IMG/VR virus record: IMGVR_UViG_3300025035_000001
Strand: one strand, 5' to 3'
Length of the DNA: 34,506 nucleotides
Source of the DNA: a virus
Positions 10,547 to 20,486 of the stretch are shown here, piece after piece. Within the stretch, counting starts at the first letter, position 1. Each line of letters opens with the position of its first letter. The position numbers and the translations under genes are program-made. Under the pieces are notes generated by a model, which made no database searches, was not told where the DNA came from, and worked only from the letters and a program-made list of their open reading frames with translations.

Positions 10547-10577
10547 ATTATTTTAACATATAAACAATTTTTAAATC

Positions 10578-11699
10578 ATGAGTGAATTTTTATTTCCGGA
10601 AAAAGTTCGTGTCATTAATGACCCTACGAGCTATCCAGTAACATTTAAAAATGCAGCAGGAGGAACAGTTGCAGCAGCAGCCGCTTTTGAAGCTGACATT
10701 CAATTTTTTGGTCAAGTAAAAACTCCTTTTTTAAGAAGAGCTACTTTGACTAGAGGTTTTTCTCCACAACCTGAAACATATAGCATTACCGCCGCAACAG
10801 CTACTGAGATTGCTTTAGCCGCTTCTATTCCTAACGGTACAAAAGCTGTGGTTGAAATCGAAGTGCGTACTACATCAAGAGCGATGGAATATGTACGTCC
10901 AGAGTATGTTTTTGGTGAAAATATTCGTTATTCAATTTCTATTGATGAGGCTGATACTCCGAATGTATTCTTATACAAATTATACAAAGCAATGACGTTA
11001 GCTTCTTATAGAGAAAGAGATTTTAAAATAGAAGCTACAGCAACTAATATTGATGATGTGGCAAGAACCATAGACAGTTTAACTATGGCGCTTACCGGGA
11101 GAGGTGCTTATGTACAGTCTTTTAAAGTGACTAACGAAGCTTCTGAAGTTTCTTCTGATGTTACCGTATTTGCACCAGCATTAGTAAAAAAAGGTTCTAA
11201 AGGTATTGGTTATGGTTTTGAATTAGAGTTCTTAGAAAAACTCCAATATAAAAATAACACTCCTTATTTCTTTGACGATGCTGAAAGATTCGATGAAAAA
11301 GCGTTATACACAATGATTTCTTTTGATACTGTAATTGGAAGACCTTCTCGTGAAGCAACTCCTTCGACTTATAGTGATTATAAACGTTTTGTTCTTTATA
11401 TTAAAGAAACAAATACGGCTTATATTGAAGATTTAGCCGATTTCTTTTTAACAACACCAGCTACTCGTTTTACGTCTTTAGATTCAAATGGATTAACCGT
11501 TGGATTTAACGATGCCGTATCTTTAACCAATACCAATGCTGCTTCTTCTGCAACTAATTTAGATTCTGACCACGGTATTCTTACCGCTCGTTATGGAACA
11601 CTTGCAGCAGTATCCTCTAAATATGTAGAGGCTCAAATGGTGGTTAATGATGATACCTTTGATAACTTCACATTACCTGGATTTAAGACTAACGCATAA
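10578..11699 (+). CDS. Putative auxiliary capsid (cement/decoration) protein
   Basis: 373 aa, Ala/Thr-rich beta protein with a GKGIGYG-like segment (KGSKGIGYG) near two-thirds of its length. It has its own leader and a strong terminator, implying high expression, and sits between ring genes as in crAss-like phages. Confidence 0.55.
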   Translation: MSEFLFPEKVRVINDPTSYPVTFKNAAGGTVAAAAAFEADIQFFGQVKTPFLRRATLTRGFSPQPETYSITAATATEIALAASIPNGTKAVVEIEVRTTSRAMEYVRPEYVFGENIRYSISIDEADTPNVFLYKLYKAMTLASYRERDFKIEATATNIDDVARTIDSLTMALTGRGAYVQSFKVTNEASEVSSDVTVFAPALVKKGSKGIGYGFELEFLEKLQYKNNTPYFFDDAERFDEKALYTMISFDTVIGRPSREATPSTYSDYKRFVLYIKETNTAYIEDLADFFLTTPATRFTSLDSNGLTVGFNDAVSLTNTNAASSATNLDSDHGILTARYGTLAAVSSKYVEAQMVVNDDTFDNFTLPGFKTNA

Positions 11700-11735
11700 T
11701 CTAATGCTGTTTTATACTCATTTTCATTTACAAAT

Positions 11736-11759
11736 ACCCCGGCATTGTCGGGGTTTTTT
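11736..11759 (+). terminator. Rho-independent terminator
   Basis: GC-rich stem ACCCCGGC-ATT-GTCGGGGT followed by TTTTT. Confidence 0.85.
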
Positions 11760-11793
11760 GTATATTTATTTTATATTAAAATTGTAATGAACA

Positions 11794-12480
11794 ATGCAAG
11801 AAGTAATTAGAGGTACATGGACTCTTCCAGGAATCACCTATGCGATTAAAAATAATCTTGAAGCAGGATTAAAAGGAACTGCTAATTTTCCTTTTTCAAT
11901 TGAACAATTAGAAGCCGAAGTGATTGCAGAAAGAAATGCAGTAGTAGAACAGTTGAAACAATCTAATCTTCTTGGTGCAAGTGAATTATTTCAAGAAATA
12001 AACTGTGTTTCTTTAGATTGTGAAGATTTTGGATTATGTTGTGAAACATCCACTAAACAACCAACACTTCATTTTAAAGTACCGGTATTTGTTATACAAA
12101 ACTACACCGGTTTAGCTACTCAAACAAAACCTTTTTATATATATGAAGTAGGTAATACCAATTATTTATATCAGGATTATAAATCAAGTTATACTTCTCG
12201 TAAACCATATGTAGTATATAGATTGTACAATGGTGAAATGCACGGATTTATTTTTAATCCCCCCACACCAAATCTTAAAAAAATATCAGTAAGAGCTATT
12301 TTTGAAAATCCTTTAGCTGTTAATGGTTTTAAATGTTGTAGTTATAATGTTGAAACAGATAGATTTCCTGCTCCTAATTTTGTAATTCAACAGATTATTG
12401 TGAATATCACAAATCGTTGGGCATCATGGTATTATAGATTTCAAGGTCAGAAACCTAATAGTCAAACTCCTCAAGTATAA
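11794..12480 (+). CDS. Tail ring/structural protein
   Basis: SIEQLEAEVIAER...LFQEINCVSLDC...KPYV...IFNPP...ISVRAIFENP resembles crAss ring proteins. Synteny agrees. Confidence 0.6.
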   Translation: MQEVIRGTWTLPGITYAIKNNLEAGLKGTANFPFSIEQLEAEVIAERNAVVEQLKQSNLLGASELFQEINCVSLDCEDFGLCCETSTKQPTLHFKVPVFVIQNYTGLATQTKPFYIYEVGNTNYLYQDYKSSYTSRKPYVVYRLYNGEMHGFIFNPPTPNLKKISVRAIFENPLAVNGFKCCSYNVETDRFPAPNFVIQQIIVNITNRWASWYYRFQGQKPNSQTPQV

Positions 12481-13223
12481 TGAATAGATTAGTTAAAAAT
12501 AGAAAAGATTACTTATTGTCAGAAGGTATGGGTAGATATGAAGCAGATGCTTCAGAAGTTACTATTCACGATAATAATTCAGTATACAATTACAAACCTT
12601 TCTTTACGGGTCTTGCTTTGATTAATACTTTAATCGGTAAGACACCTAACGAAGATGATTTTATAGAAGTAGGTGTAAACGCTTTAGAAAAAATAGGTAA
12701 TGTCCACACAGCTTATTATGGATTTATAGGAAGGACTGATAAAAAAGGAGAACTTTGTTTACCTACAGTTGCACAATCTATTGAATATGTATCAAACGGA
12801 CGTGAAGATTTTACTTCTTGGAGTAATGCTACAGATGTTAATCAGCTATATGCACCAGGTGGATACGTAGCGTATAAATTTTTAGGTGATAAAATTAAAA
12901 CTAATTACTTTGAGCAAACTCTTTCAGTACTTTATAAAACAACTCGTCTTGATGAAAAAGGCTTACCTGCGGTGACCCCTAGAGAAGCAGAAGCAATGGC
13001 ATATTGGTGGAATTATACTGATATTACAAGACGTTATTGGAGAGGTGAACAATTAGCAGAATCTCGAATGATGGAAGCTTTACGTTTAGCTAATATTAGA
13101 ATTAATCAAGCTAGAATACCTGAAAAATACTCTCAAAACTTTATTAATATGTTACATGATATTGTTTACAGTAGAGATGGAAAAATATATAATAAATCGT
13201 TAAAAATGATTAAAGGAGCATGA
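12480..13223 (+). CDS. Tail tubular/ring protein (P22 gp4-like position)
   Basis: DDFIEVGVNALEKIGN...LCLP...VLYKTTRLDEKGLP...EAEAMAYW...INQARIP...SRDGKIYNKSLK resembles the crAss tail tubular protein. It lies upstream of the muzzle gene. Confidence 0.65.
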   Translation: MNRLVKNRKDYLLSEGMGRYEADASEVTIHDNNSVYNYKPFFTGLALINTLIGKTPNEDDFIEVGVNALEKIGNVHTAYYGFIGRTDKKGELCLPTVAQSIEYVSNGREDFTSWSNATDVNQLYAPGGYVAYKFLGDKIKTNYFEQTLSVLYKTTRLDEKGLPAVTPREAEAMAYWWNYTDITRRYWRGEQLAESRMMEALRLANIRINQARIPEKYSQNFINMLHDIVYSRDGKIYNKSLKMIKGA

Positions 13224-13654
13224 GTCGTTTTCAAAAACCTAAATCGGCTATAGCAATAGGTGATATAGCCTTAACTATTGATTTTGAGTTTATTAAAACA
13301 CATAGAAGAGTGATGAAAGCAAAAGATAAGCGCAATATTGCGGTTAAAGTCTTTACTCGTTTTTATGAAATGATGATAACTGATGTGATTGAGAATAATG
13401 TTGAATTTCAAGCACCTACACGTAAATTGATGTTATTTTATGTAGCTGAAGATTTACCTGCTAGGACTAAACGATTGAATTATCACGAACCTGCTATTTT
13501 TGAGAAAAAATTTAAACAACATGTAGTATGGATGACCTATTACGCAAATAAAAATATTCGACATCGTTTTGTTTCAGTAAATAAGACACTGTATAAAAGA
13601 CTTGCAGAATTAGGTGTAACACATAAATATTTAGAAAAAAGAAGATATGCTTAA
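13220..13654 (+). CDS. Basic protein, putative divergent IHF/HU-like DNA-binding protein
   Basis: K/R-rich. A helix (VKVFTRFYEMMITDVIENN) is followed by beta strands (VEFQAP). crAss-like phages carry IHF-like genes at this location. Confidence 0.45.
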   Translation: MSRFQKPKSAIAIGDIALTIDFEFIKTHRRVMKAKDKRNIAVKVFTRFYEMMITDVIENNVEFQAPTRKLMLFYVAEDLPARTKRLNYHEPAIFEKKFKQHVVWMTYYANKNIRHRFVSVNKTLYKRLAELGVTHKYLEKRRYA

Positions 13655-13934
13655 AAAGAAAAGAACTATTGATTACAAGCAACAACTGCTTGAAGAATTT
13701 TATCCAATGACGTGGAAAGAAATATCTAAGTCATTACAGCTTATTTGGAAAGGGGTTTCTTCTAAAGTAGATGAAGGATTTTTAGTACAGGTAAGGCGTT
13801 CTAAAGGAGGAGGTTTTCATTCTATTATTGGTTTTGCAAAGAATCGAGAAAAAATAGAAGAAATACAAAAACAGCAATCAGAATATATTAAAGGTATGCG
13901 TGAAGCGTATCATTCTATGAATAAATACAGATAA
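13647..13934 (+). CDS. Small basic protein, putative IHF/HU-like
   Basis: 95 aa with a helix-helix-beta pattern (QLLEEFYPMTWKEISKSLQLIWKGV...GFLVQV). Synteny agrees. Confidence 0.4.
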   Translation: MLKKKRTIDYKQQLLEEFYPMTWKEISKSLQLIWKGVSSKVDEGFLVQVRRSKGGGFHSIIGFAKNREKIEEIQKQQSEYIKGMREAYHSMNKYR

Positions 13935-13937
13935 TAT

Positions 13938-16900
13938 ATGAGCGGTACAACCAATAGTTTTGAAGGAGGTTTACATTTAGATTATCCTGATTATCAAACA
14001 CCTAAAAATGTATATACTTTTGCCAACAATGCTACTTTTTTAACACATGAAGGGAATGAATTAATTTTGCAAAATGAAAAAGGTACAGTATATCAAAGTA
14101 GTCTTAAAGAAGATTACATAGCGGTTGCAGTAGCCGATTATACAGGTATTGCTTATATTATATCAGCACAAGTAATTAATAATGAATTTACAGGAAGAGG
14201 TGAAATAGGTACATTTCCAAGTCCTGATTATGCTAATAAAGTAGATGTTGATTGCACAGCTCAAGGGTGTAATTATGAAACAACGCTTATTCCTGAATAC
14301 CAAGCTTTTCAAAATTACAGTGGTGATAACGGTAATCCGATTAATTCTTTAATTGAAGTGGGTTATGGAGAATTTACTTCTGATTTGTTTAATTTTCAAA
14401 AAGATAAACCTGTTGAAATAGTCGCAACACAAACAAGTTATGATGGATCGGTAAATATCATTTTTACAGATAATTTTAATAAACCTAAACTTATAAACAG
14501 TCGATTTACAGTAAGACCTAATAATAAAGTTACTATTGTAAATAGAGCTGGTTCTAACGATACTAATTTATACGCTGTAGATAATTTTAATAATACACTT
14601 AATCACATCTTTAGTTCAAATAAATTAGCTACGGTTACCTTTGATGGTCAATCTACAGGTGGTGATTTAGCTACTGGACAATATCGTTATTTCTTTCAAT
14701 ATCTTACCGTAGACGGTAACGTAACTAATGTATTTGCTGAATCTTTCAACATTCCAGTATTTTTTGGTAATTCGGTTGCTACCACTCGTGGAGGATTACC
14801 AAATGAAAACACAGACAAAAGTAACAAATTAACGATTCATAATATTGACCAAGCTTATTCAAGTATTAGAGTATATTTTCAATATTCCGCAGGAACAGTA
14901 GGTGCGGATGCACAACAAACCGTTTATAAAATAGAGGAAGAATATGACATAAAAGGAACAGAAGTCACAATTACCCATAGTGGTTTTGAAACAATTACCG
15001 CAGTAGAAAACGCAGAACTTTCTTTAGATTTTTCTTTAATCAACACTTATAGAACAGGTTGTGAAATAAAAAGTAGATTAGCGGTTGGAAATATTAAACT
15101 TCGTCAGTACGATGTAAACATATTATTTGATTTCGCTAAAAAGATTAAAGTATTTGAAACCGAAAAGAAAATGACAATTCCTGGTTTTGATACGGATAAA
15201 AATCATTCTAACATTTATTCAAATATTGCTTATGATGCTGTTCAACGAGACACTTTTGTTGGGGGTTACTATAACCCTCGCAACGTACACGATAATCTTG
15301 GCTATTGGGGTGGTGAAACCTATATGTTTGGAGTCACATTTATATTCGAAGATGGAGCGTATTCTCCTGTTATTCCTATTCGGGGTATCGACAATTTTAA
15401 CAATAACGCTGTTTATAACGATGCTAACCTTTTTATAGATGATGATTTTGATAAGACTACAGGTGAAAACATAAGAGGTGTTTATCGCTTTTCTCGAAGA
15501 ACCAAAAAAAATTATATTGTTACTTCAGCTTCTTCTTATGTTAATGTTTTATTAGCTGAATTTGAAATACCTCAATTACCACAAACTATTTTAGATTTAG
15601 GGGTTGTGGGTTATCGTTTTCATAGAAGTAGACGTAAGTTAGACTGTATAGGTCAAGGGGTATTAATTAATACTGTAATCATACCTACCGATGATGGCTT
15701 TGATTTTAGAGAACCTAAAGTTAATCCTAATTCTTCATTAGCCACTTATTACAAAGCAGGTTTTGATGAACCTATTGAAGGGTATACTGAAAACAATTCA
15801 AGATATATTCCAAGTTTTAACTATTTACTTGAAACCATTTCAAGAAAGAATAAAAGAGATAAAGACGATTCGACAGGACCGCATTCACCCTCTGTGGACA
15901 ATCAAGGTATAGAACCTGTTCAAATGTATGCGGGTGGGTACAATGGAGCAATTGAAAAATTTTGGTTTAATAAGAAGTTCGCCTTCCTTAGTCCCGACTT
16001 TATAGGTAATCCTGTTAATAACTCAAGACTTTTTAGTACTGATAGTTTTAGTTTTGAAAAACTAGGTGAATTTTATTCTATTTACGCTGTTCCGACGACT
16101 GTTCCTTTTAAAGTAGAAACCACTACCAAAGCACCTTGGGCAGAAAGAGATGTTAATCATTTAAGATATTTTTCTTTAATTAAACCAACCTCTTTTTTAC
16201 AAACACCTCTTAGTCCTTTTATTAAATGCAGTGCGGAATATGTAACAGGAGAGGTTACTTCTACTACTTCTCAAGGTTTTTCTTCAGCTACGGATATTTA
16301 CGCTAAGTTTAGGTATCAATTAGGTGAAGGTATTGTATTTGACGGAAAAACAAATTCTGCGGACACGGTTGATTATGGGTTGTTAAATTATATCTTTAAT
16401 GATTATGTTGGAATAACTACTGAAAACCCTTTTATTATTAATCCTAATTATCCGACTACGCTTCCTGTAAGCTCTACTTTTGTTTCTATTAATCAAACCA
16501 CTTACGATTTAGGAGCTACTACAGGAGCAGGTACTAAAGTAGATGGAGGTAGAGTAAATACTTTTAATTTCACTAACAATGTTACTACAGGAGATTACGC
16601 TTCCGTTTTAATTAATGTTTATAGAGGTTCAGGACCTAGAAATTTAGAACAACTTTCAGTACTTTATCAACCTGAAGGTGAAGCGTTTTTTCCGATTACT
16701 CAACCGTTATATGAAACAAACGCTCTTGCGAACGCTGTACAAGCTTCAGGAGTCAATGGAATCCTTCAAACGAAGCAAAACCTATCTAACAGTAAAGGTC
16801 GCTTAGAAGCCGCTAATGGTGATTGTTTTATTAATCTCACACATAGACGATTATTTTATTCGGGTCTGGATAGAAATGACCCGGGAATAGAAGTAGGTGT

Positions 16901-18470
16901 TACAGGAACAAATGTAGGTTACACAATAGCTTTCATTGCTGAATCTAATTACAATGTTGCAGGGCGTTACGAAAACTTTGCCAATGTTGCAGAACAAGCT
17001 AGAACATTTTACCCTTTTGAAGCTAGAAATCATAAAATAGCGGTTTCCACCTCTTCAGTTAAAGGAGAAGATGATAAATGGAGAATTGCTAGATCACTTG
17101 AAACAAAGCAATACAATACCGGATATGATAGCTTTGAAGGGGGTCGTAACTACGTAGCTATTTCTTCAAGATTACCTTTTATACAAAATCAATTTAACAC
17201 AAGAGTTTGGATTTCAGAGCCTTACACTTCGGCAAGTTTTGAAAATCAATACAGATTCTTTTTACCTTTAGCTTATAAAGATTACTCTCAAGAGTTTGGT
17301 GAAATCGTAAGTCTTAAATCACAAGGCGATGTGATTATAATGATTCAAGAATTTGGTATAACCGTTATTCCTGTTTCTCAAAGAATTGCACAGCAAGGAG
17401 ATAGTGCTGGAGCAGTATTTTTTGCTTCTTCAGATGTATTAGCTTCTGTAGATAATTCAATGGTCATTTCTACGTTACATGGCTCTCAGTGGCAGTTTTC
17501 AATAGTGTCTACTGATAACTATACTTACGGTGTTGATTTAAACACGAGTAAGATATGGCGTACTAGAGGACAAAGTCTTGAGTTAATATCAGATGTAAAA
17601 ATTCAAAGTTTCTTGCGTAAAATTCGTAAACAATATGACAATCAAGAATATGAATGGTTTTTTAGACAAGTTCGTACCTACTACGACAAACGTAGAGGTG
17701 ATGTTATTTTCACATTTGCCGCTACCGCTGAAGGGGATGTTTGCGGTACTTCTATCATTACTATACCTTCACAGTGTATTAACATTAATGGAGATGAAAA
17801 CGGTATTATTCTTTCAGGAGGTGTACCTTTAAATACCGTAGAAGTACCTAATCTTTGTTATAATGATTCTATTTTCAATCTTGTGTATAATGAACAAATG
17901 AATCATTGGAAAACATTTAACAGTTGGTATCCTTCTAATATGTTTAGTATTTATGATGAAATATATAGTTTACCGCTTCTTGAAAAAAGAAATAAAATAT
18001 ATAAGCATTATGAAAACGATAAATACGCTTTTTATTACGACGAACAACATGATTTCATTGTTGAAATAAATGTAACATCGGATACAAAAATGCATCAAAC
18101 CTTTAATAACTTATTTCTTGTAACTAATGAGTTTTATCCTTATAAAATAGAATACACGACCAGTACTGGAACGGTTATTCAAGATATAAAACCTAGAAAC
18201 GTAGAGGGAAGAGGTGCTGAACCTTATCGGCAACAAGAATTAAACCCCATAGCCGTTTCTGATTTCGTATATAAAGAAGACCATTTATATGGTGAAATAA
18301 GACCGAATGATTGGAATCGACGAGAATATGTAGATAAATATGGTAACACCACATCTCTTCCTGAAAGAAGAGTAAGAGATAAATTTTGTAAAATTAGATT
18401 TTATTATAATACGAGCAATAATGTTTATATTCAACAGATTATAACTAACGTTAATCGAAGCTATAGTTGA
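13938..18470 (+). CDS. Muzzle / tail stabilisation protein (P22 gp10-like, crAss-type)
   Basis: 1510 aa. N-terminal NSFEGGLHLD...YTFANNATFLTHEGNELILQNEKG, then YDGSVNIIFTD...PKLINSRF, GYWGGETYMFGV, YKDYSQEFGEI and C-terminal RVRDKFCKIRFYY resemble the crAss stabilisation protein. Confidence 0.8.
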   Translation: MSGTTNSFEGGLHLDYPDYQTPKNVYTFANNATFLTHEGNELILQNEKGTVYQSSLKEDYIAVAVADYTGIAYIISAQVINNEFTGRGEIGTFPSPDYANKVDVDCTAQGCNYETTLIPEYQAFQNYSGDNGNPINSLIEVGYGEFTSDLFNFQKDKPVEIVATQTSYDGSVNIIFTDNFNKPKLINSRFTVRPNNKVTIVNRAGSNDTNLYAVDNFNNTLNHIFSSNKLATVTFDGQSTGGDLATGQYRYFFQYLTVDGNVTNVFAESFNIPVFFGNSVATTRGGLPNENTDKSNKLTIHNIDQAYSSIRVYFQYSAGTVGADAQQTVYKIEEEYDIKGTEVTITHSGFETITAVENAELSLDFSLINTYRTGCEIKSRLAVGNIKLRQYDVNILFDFAKKIKVFETEKKMTIPGFDTDKNHSNIYSNIAYDAVQRDTFVGGYYNPRNVHDNLGYWGGETYMFGVTFIFEDGAYSPVIPIRGIDNFNNNAVYNDANLFIDDDFDKTTGENIRGVYRFSRRTKKNYIVTSASSYVNVLLAEFEIPQLPQTILDLGVVGYRFHRSRRKLDCIGQGVLINTVIIPTDDGFDFREPKVNPNSSLATYYKAGFDEPIEGYTENNSRYIPSFNYLLETISRKNKRDKDDSTGPHSPSVDNQGIEPVQMYAGGYNGAIEKFWFNKKFAFLSPDFIGNPVNNSRLFSTDSFSFEKLGEFYSIYAVPTTVPFKVETTTKAPWAERDVNHLRYFSLIKPTSFLQTPLSPFIKCSAEYVTGEVTSTTSQGFSSATDIYAKFRYQLGEGIVFDGKTNSADTVDYGLLNYIFNDYVGITTENPFIINPNYPTTLPVSSTFVSINQTTYDLGATTGAGTKVDGGRVNTFNFTNNVTTGDYASVLINVYRGSGPRNLEQLSVLYQPEGEAFFPITQPLYETNALANAVQASGVNGILQTKQNLSNSKGRLEAANGDCFINLTHRRLFYSGLDRNDPGIEVGVTGTNVGYTIAFIAESNYNVAGRYENFANVAEQARTFYPFEARNHKIAVSTSSVKGEDDKWRIARSLETKQYNTGYDSFEGGRNYVAISSRLPFIQNQFNTRVWISEPYTSASFENQYRFFLPLAYKDYSQEFGEIVSLKSQGDVIIMIQEFGITVIPVSQRIAQQGDSAGAVFFASSDVLASVDNSMVISTLHGSQWQFSIVSTDNYTYGVDLNTSKIWRTRGQSLELISDVKIQSFLRKIRKQYDNQEYEWFFRQVRTYYDKRRGDVIFTFAATAEGDVCGTSIITIPSQCININGDENGIILSGGVPLNTVEVPNLCYNDSIFNLVYNEQMNHWKTFNSWYPSNMFSIYDEIYSLPLLEKRNKIYKHYENDKYAFYYDEQHDFIVEINVTSDTKMHQTFNNLFLVTNEFYPYKIEYTTSTGTVIQDIKPRNVEGRGAEPYRQQELNPIAVSDFVYKEDHLYGEIRPNDWNRREYVDKYGNTTSLPERRVRDKFCKIRFYYNTSNNVYIQQIITNVNRSYS

Positions 18471-18471
18471 T

Positions 18472-19248
18472 ATGTATAAAAAATATAAAAAAAGCAGAGC
18501 TAAATTCATTAAACGTTCTCCCGGTGGTTCTATGGGTGGTTCTGATGCTATATCTGCGGGTTTAAGTTTTCTTGGTGATATGATTCCTGAATCGGATGTT
18601 TTAGAAAAAACAGGTAAAAGTTCAGCGATTAGTGATACCGTTAATGCCGCAGCGGTTCAAGGTTTAAATACGATTTTACCCGGTTCAGGTACGGCTTTGA
18701 ATATGTTAACAAAGACCACAGGTAATCTTAGAAAAACAAATTGTGTACCTGACCCTTCTTCACCAACAGGTGAAAAATGTTTTGAAGATGAAAAAGGAGC
18801 AGGGGAGGTAGTCGCAAACATTTTTGACCCTGGTAAGACCGCAGGAGATATGGTAGATGGTTTTACAACACTTTTTAAAGACCCTAAACAAGGAGCTAAA
18901 AAACTAGTCGATACTTTTACTTTTGGAATAACAAATTTTGATAAGTCCGAGGAAGATGCGTATGCGGAAGCTTTAAAAGAAGATAATCAAAGGAAAAAAA
19001 ACGAAAGATTTTCTAAAGTAAATACTCAAGCAAATAAAGACAAAATACTAGGGCAACAGTTAGGTGCTGCTCAGTTTCAAAGAAACACTCAAACGTATGC
19101 TAAGAAAGGAGGTTCTTTATTTAATCGATTAAAAAAAGGTGGAACGGTTAAAGACCGTTGTTATTATAAATGTAAAGCATCGTATAAAGTGTTTCCTTCT
19201 GCGTATGCTTCAGGTTGTATTGCAAAATGTAGAAAAAATAAATCATAA
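18472..19248 (+). CDS. Putative cargo/ejection protein fused to a small C-terminal basic 'PSAYAS' module
   Basis: Follows the muzzle gene. It has Gly/Ala-rich amphipathic segments. The C-terminal KDRCYYKCKASYKVFPSAYASGCIAKCRK resembles a small module common in aquatic phages and is separated from the rest by two KKGG motifs. Confidence 0.55.
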   Translation: MYKKYKKSRAKFIKRSPGGSMGGSDAISAGLSFLGDMIPESDVLEKTGKSSAISDTVNAAAVQGLNTILPGSGTALNMLTKTTGNLRKTNCVPDPSSPTGEKCFEDEKGAGEVVANIFDPGKTAGDMVDGFTTLFKDPKQGAKKLVDTFTFGITNFDKSEEDAYAEALKEDNQRKKNERFSKVNTQANKDKILGQQLGAAQFQRNTQTYAKKGGSLFNRLKKGGTVKDRCYYKCKASYKVFPSAYASGCIAKCRKNKS

Positions 19249-20486
19249 TGGTTAGAAAAACAGAAAAAGGTCTAGCTTTAAAACGTTGGTTTAAAGAAAA
19301 TTGGAAAGATGAGAAAGGTAATCCTTGTGGTTCTGATAAAAATAAAGATATTAAGAAATGTAGACCTACTAAGAAAGTTTCTAAAGACACGCCTGAAACT
19401 TGGAGTTCCATAAATAAACGAGGTGTGAAAGATGAAATAGTTAAACAAAAGAAAAACACAGGTATGGGAAATAGAACAGACTCAAGTAAAAATATTAAAA
19501 ATAAACAAGGTGGTAAAATGAATAAATCATTACAAGACCTATATCTTCCTAAACGTAAATTACAAAATAGTGGTATAATACAACCTGTAATTTCTCCAGC
19601 TTTACGTAAAGCAATGGAAGAATCTAAAACTAAATCCAAAGTTGCTGGACATAAACTTCCAATATATGAAGAACATTTAAATAGTCCTAATTATAAAGCA
19701 GCTACTAAAAACGCTAAAGAAATACAACAAGGTATTGAAAAAGGTGAAGTAGAAGCTATTCAACAAAAAGATGGAACATACCGATATGTAAGTACAGGTA
19801 AAGCAATTCCCGACGATACTCACGAAATGATTGCTACTTTAGGTGTTGGTGCAGTGGGTAAATTAGCAGCTAAAGAGGCAGGGAAAAAAATCATACCTCG
19901 TTTGGTAGATGCTGGAAAAGAAGGTTTAGAAGCATTAAGTAAACATTATGCTCCTAGAGATTTTGGACAAGGAGTAGCGTTAGGTGCAGATGTTATTAAC
20001 GATGCAACTAAAGGAAAATTTGATTTAGAAAAAGCTGTAATGTCAGCATTACGTATGGCACAAGCAGGTGTACCTGTATCAGGAGCTTTTGATAATAAAA
20101 TCGCTCAAGGTTTAGCGGATGCTACTTTAGGAAACAATAATCCTATTATTAAATTACTTTTACAATTACCTCCTAAATCTTTAGAAAAACTACCTGCTAT
20201 TAATCGATTTCTAAGAGGTAGTGGTATCACAAGTCAAATGAGTGGAGAAGGACAAGGTTCAAGATTAGATAGACCGATAAAAGAATTTGACCCATACACT
20301 CCAAAAAGAAAGTCTGATTCAAATAAATCTTTTATAGAAAAAATGCGTGAAAGTGCTGCGGAGCTACAAGAAAGCTTTAAAACAAATAGGGAAAACGCTA
20401 GAAAACGTTTAAATCTTAAAAAAAATGGTGGAACAATTATTCGTCAAAGATTAAGGCAACCTTTAAAAAATATTTATGAAATTTGA
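19248..20486 (+). CDS. Basic multi-module protein: N-terminal DUF5872-like 'LKRWFKENW' module plus an Ala/Gly-rich helical region (putative internal virion protein)
   Basis: GLALKRWFKENWKDEKGNPCG...KCRPTKKVSKDTPETW. KQGG lies at the module boundary and KNGG near the C-terminus. Confidence 0.55.
   Translation: MVRKTEKGLALKRWFKENWKDEKGNPCGSDKNKDIKKCRPTKKVSKDTPETWSSINKRGVKDEIVKQKKNTGMGNRTDSSKNIKNKQGGKMNKSLQDLYLPKRKLQNSGIIQPVISPALRKAMEESKTKSKVAGHKLPIYEEHLNSPNYKAATKNAKEIQQGIEKGEVEAIQQKDGTYRYVSTGKAIPDDTHEMIATLGVGAVGKLAAKEAGKKIIPRLVDAGKEGLEALSKHYAPRDFGQGVALGADVINDATKGKFDLEKAVMSALRMAQAGVPVSGAFDNKIAQGLADATLGNNNPIIKLLLQLPPKSLEKLPAINRFLRGSGITSQMSGEGQGSRLDRPIKEFDPYTPKRKSDSNKSFIEKMRESAAELQESFKTNRENARKRLNLKKNGGTIIRQRLRQPLKNIYEI

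Noticed and set aside
13790-13820. RRSKGGGF in the IHF-like gene and GG dipeptides in fibre genes as further copies of the tag
   Set aside because: They are mid-domain beta-turn glycines. Apart from this one case they lack the basic context, and none has the terminal or boundary placement of the tag.
19148-19639. 163-aa minus-strand ORF
   Set aside because: It is the antisense shadow of two Lys-rich plus-strand genes with recognisable modules. Its Phe/Leu bias is just the complement of AAA codons.
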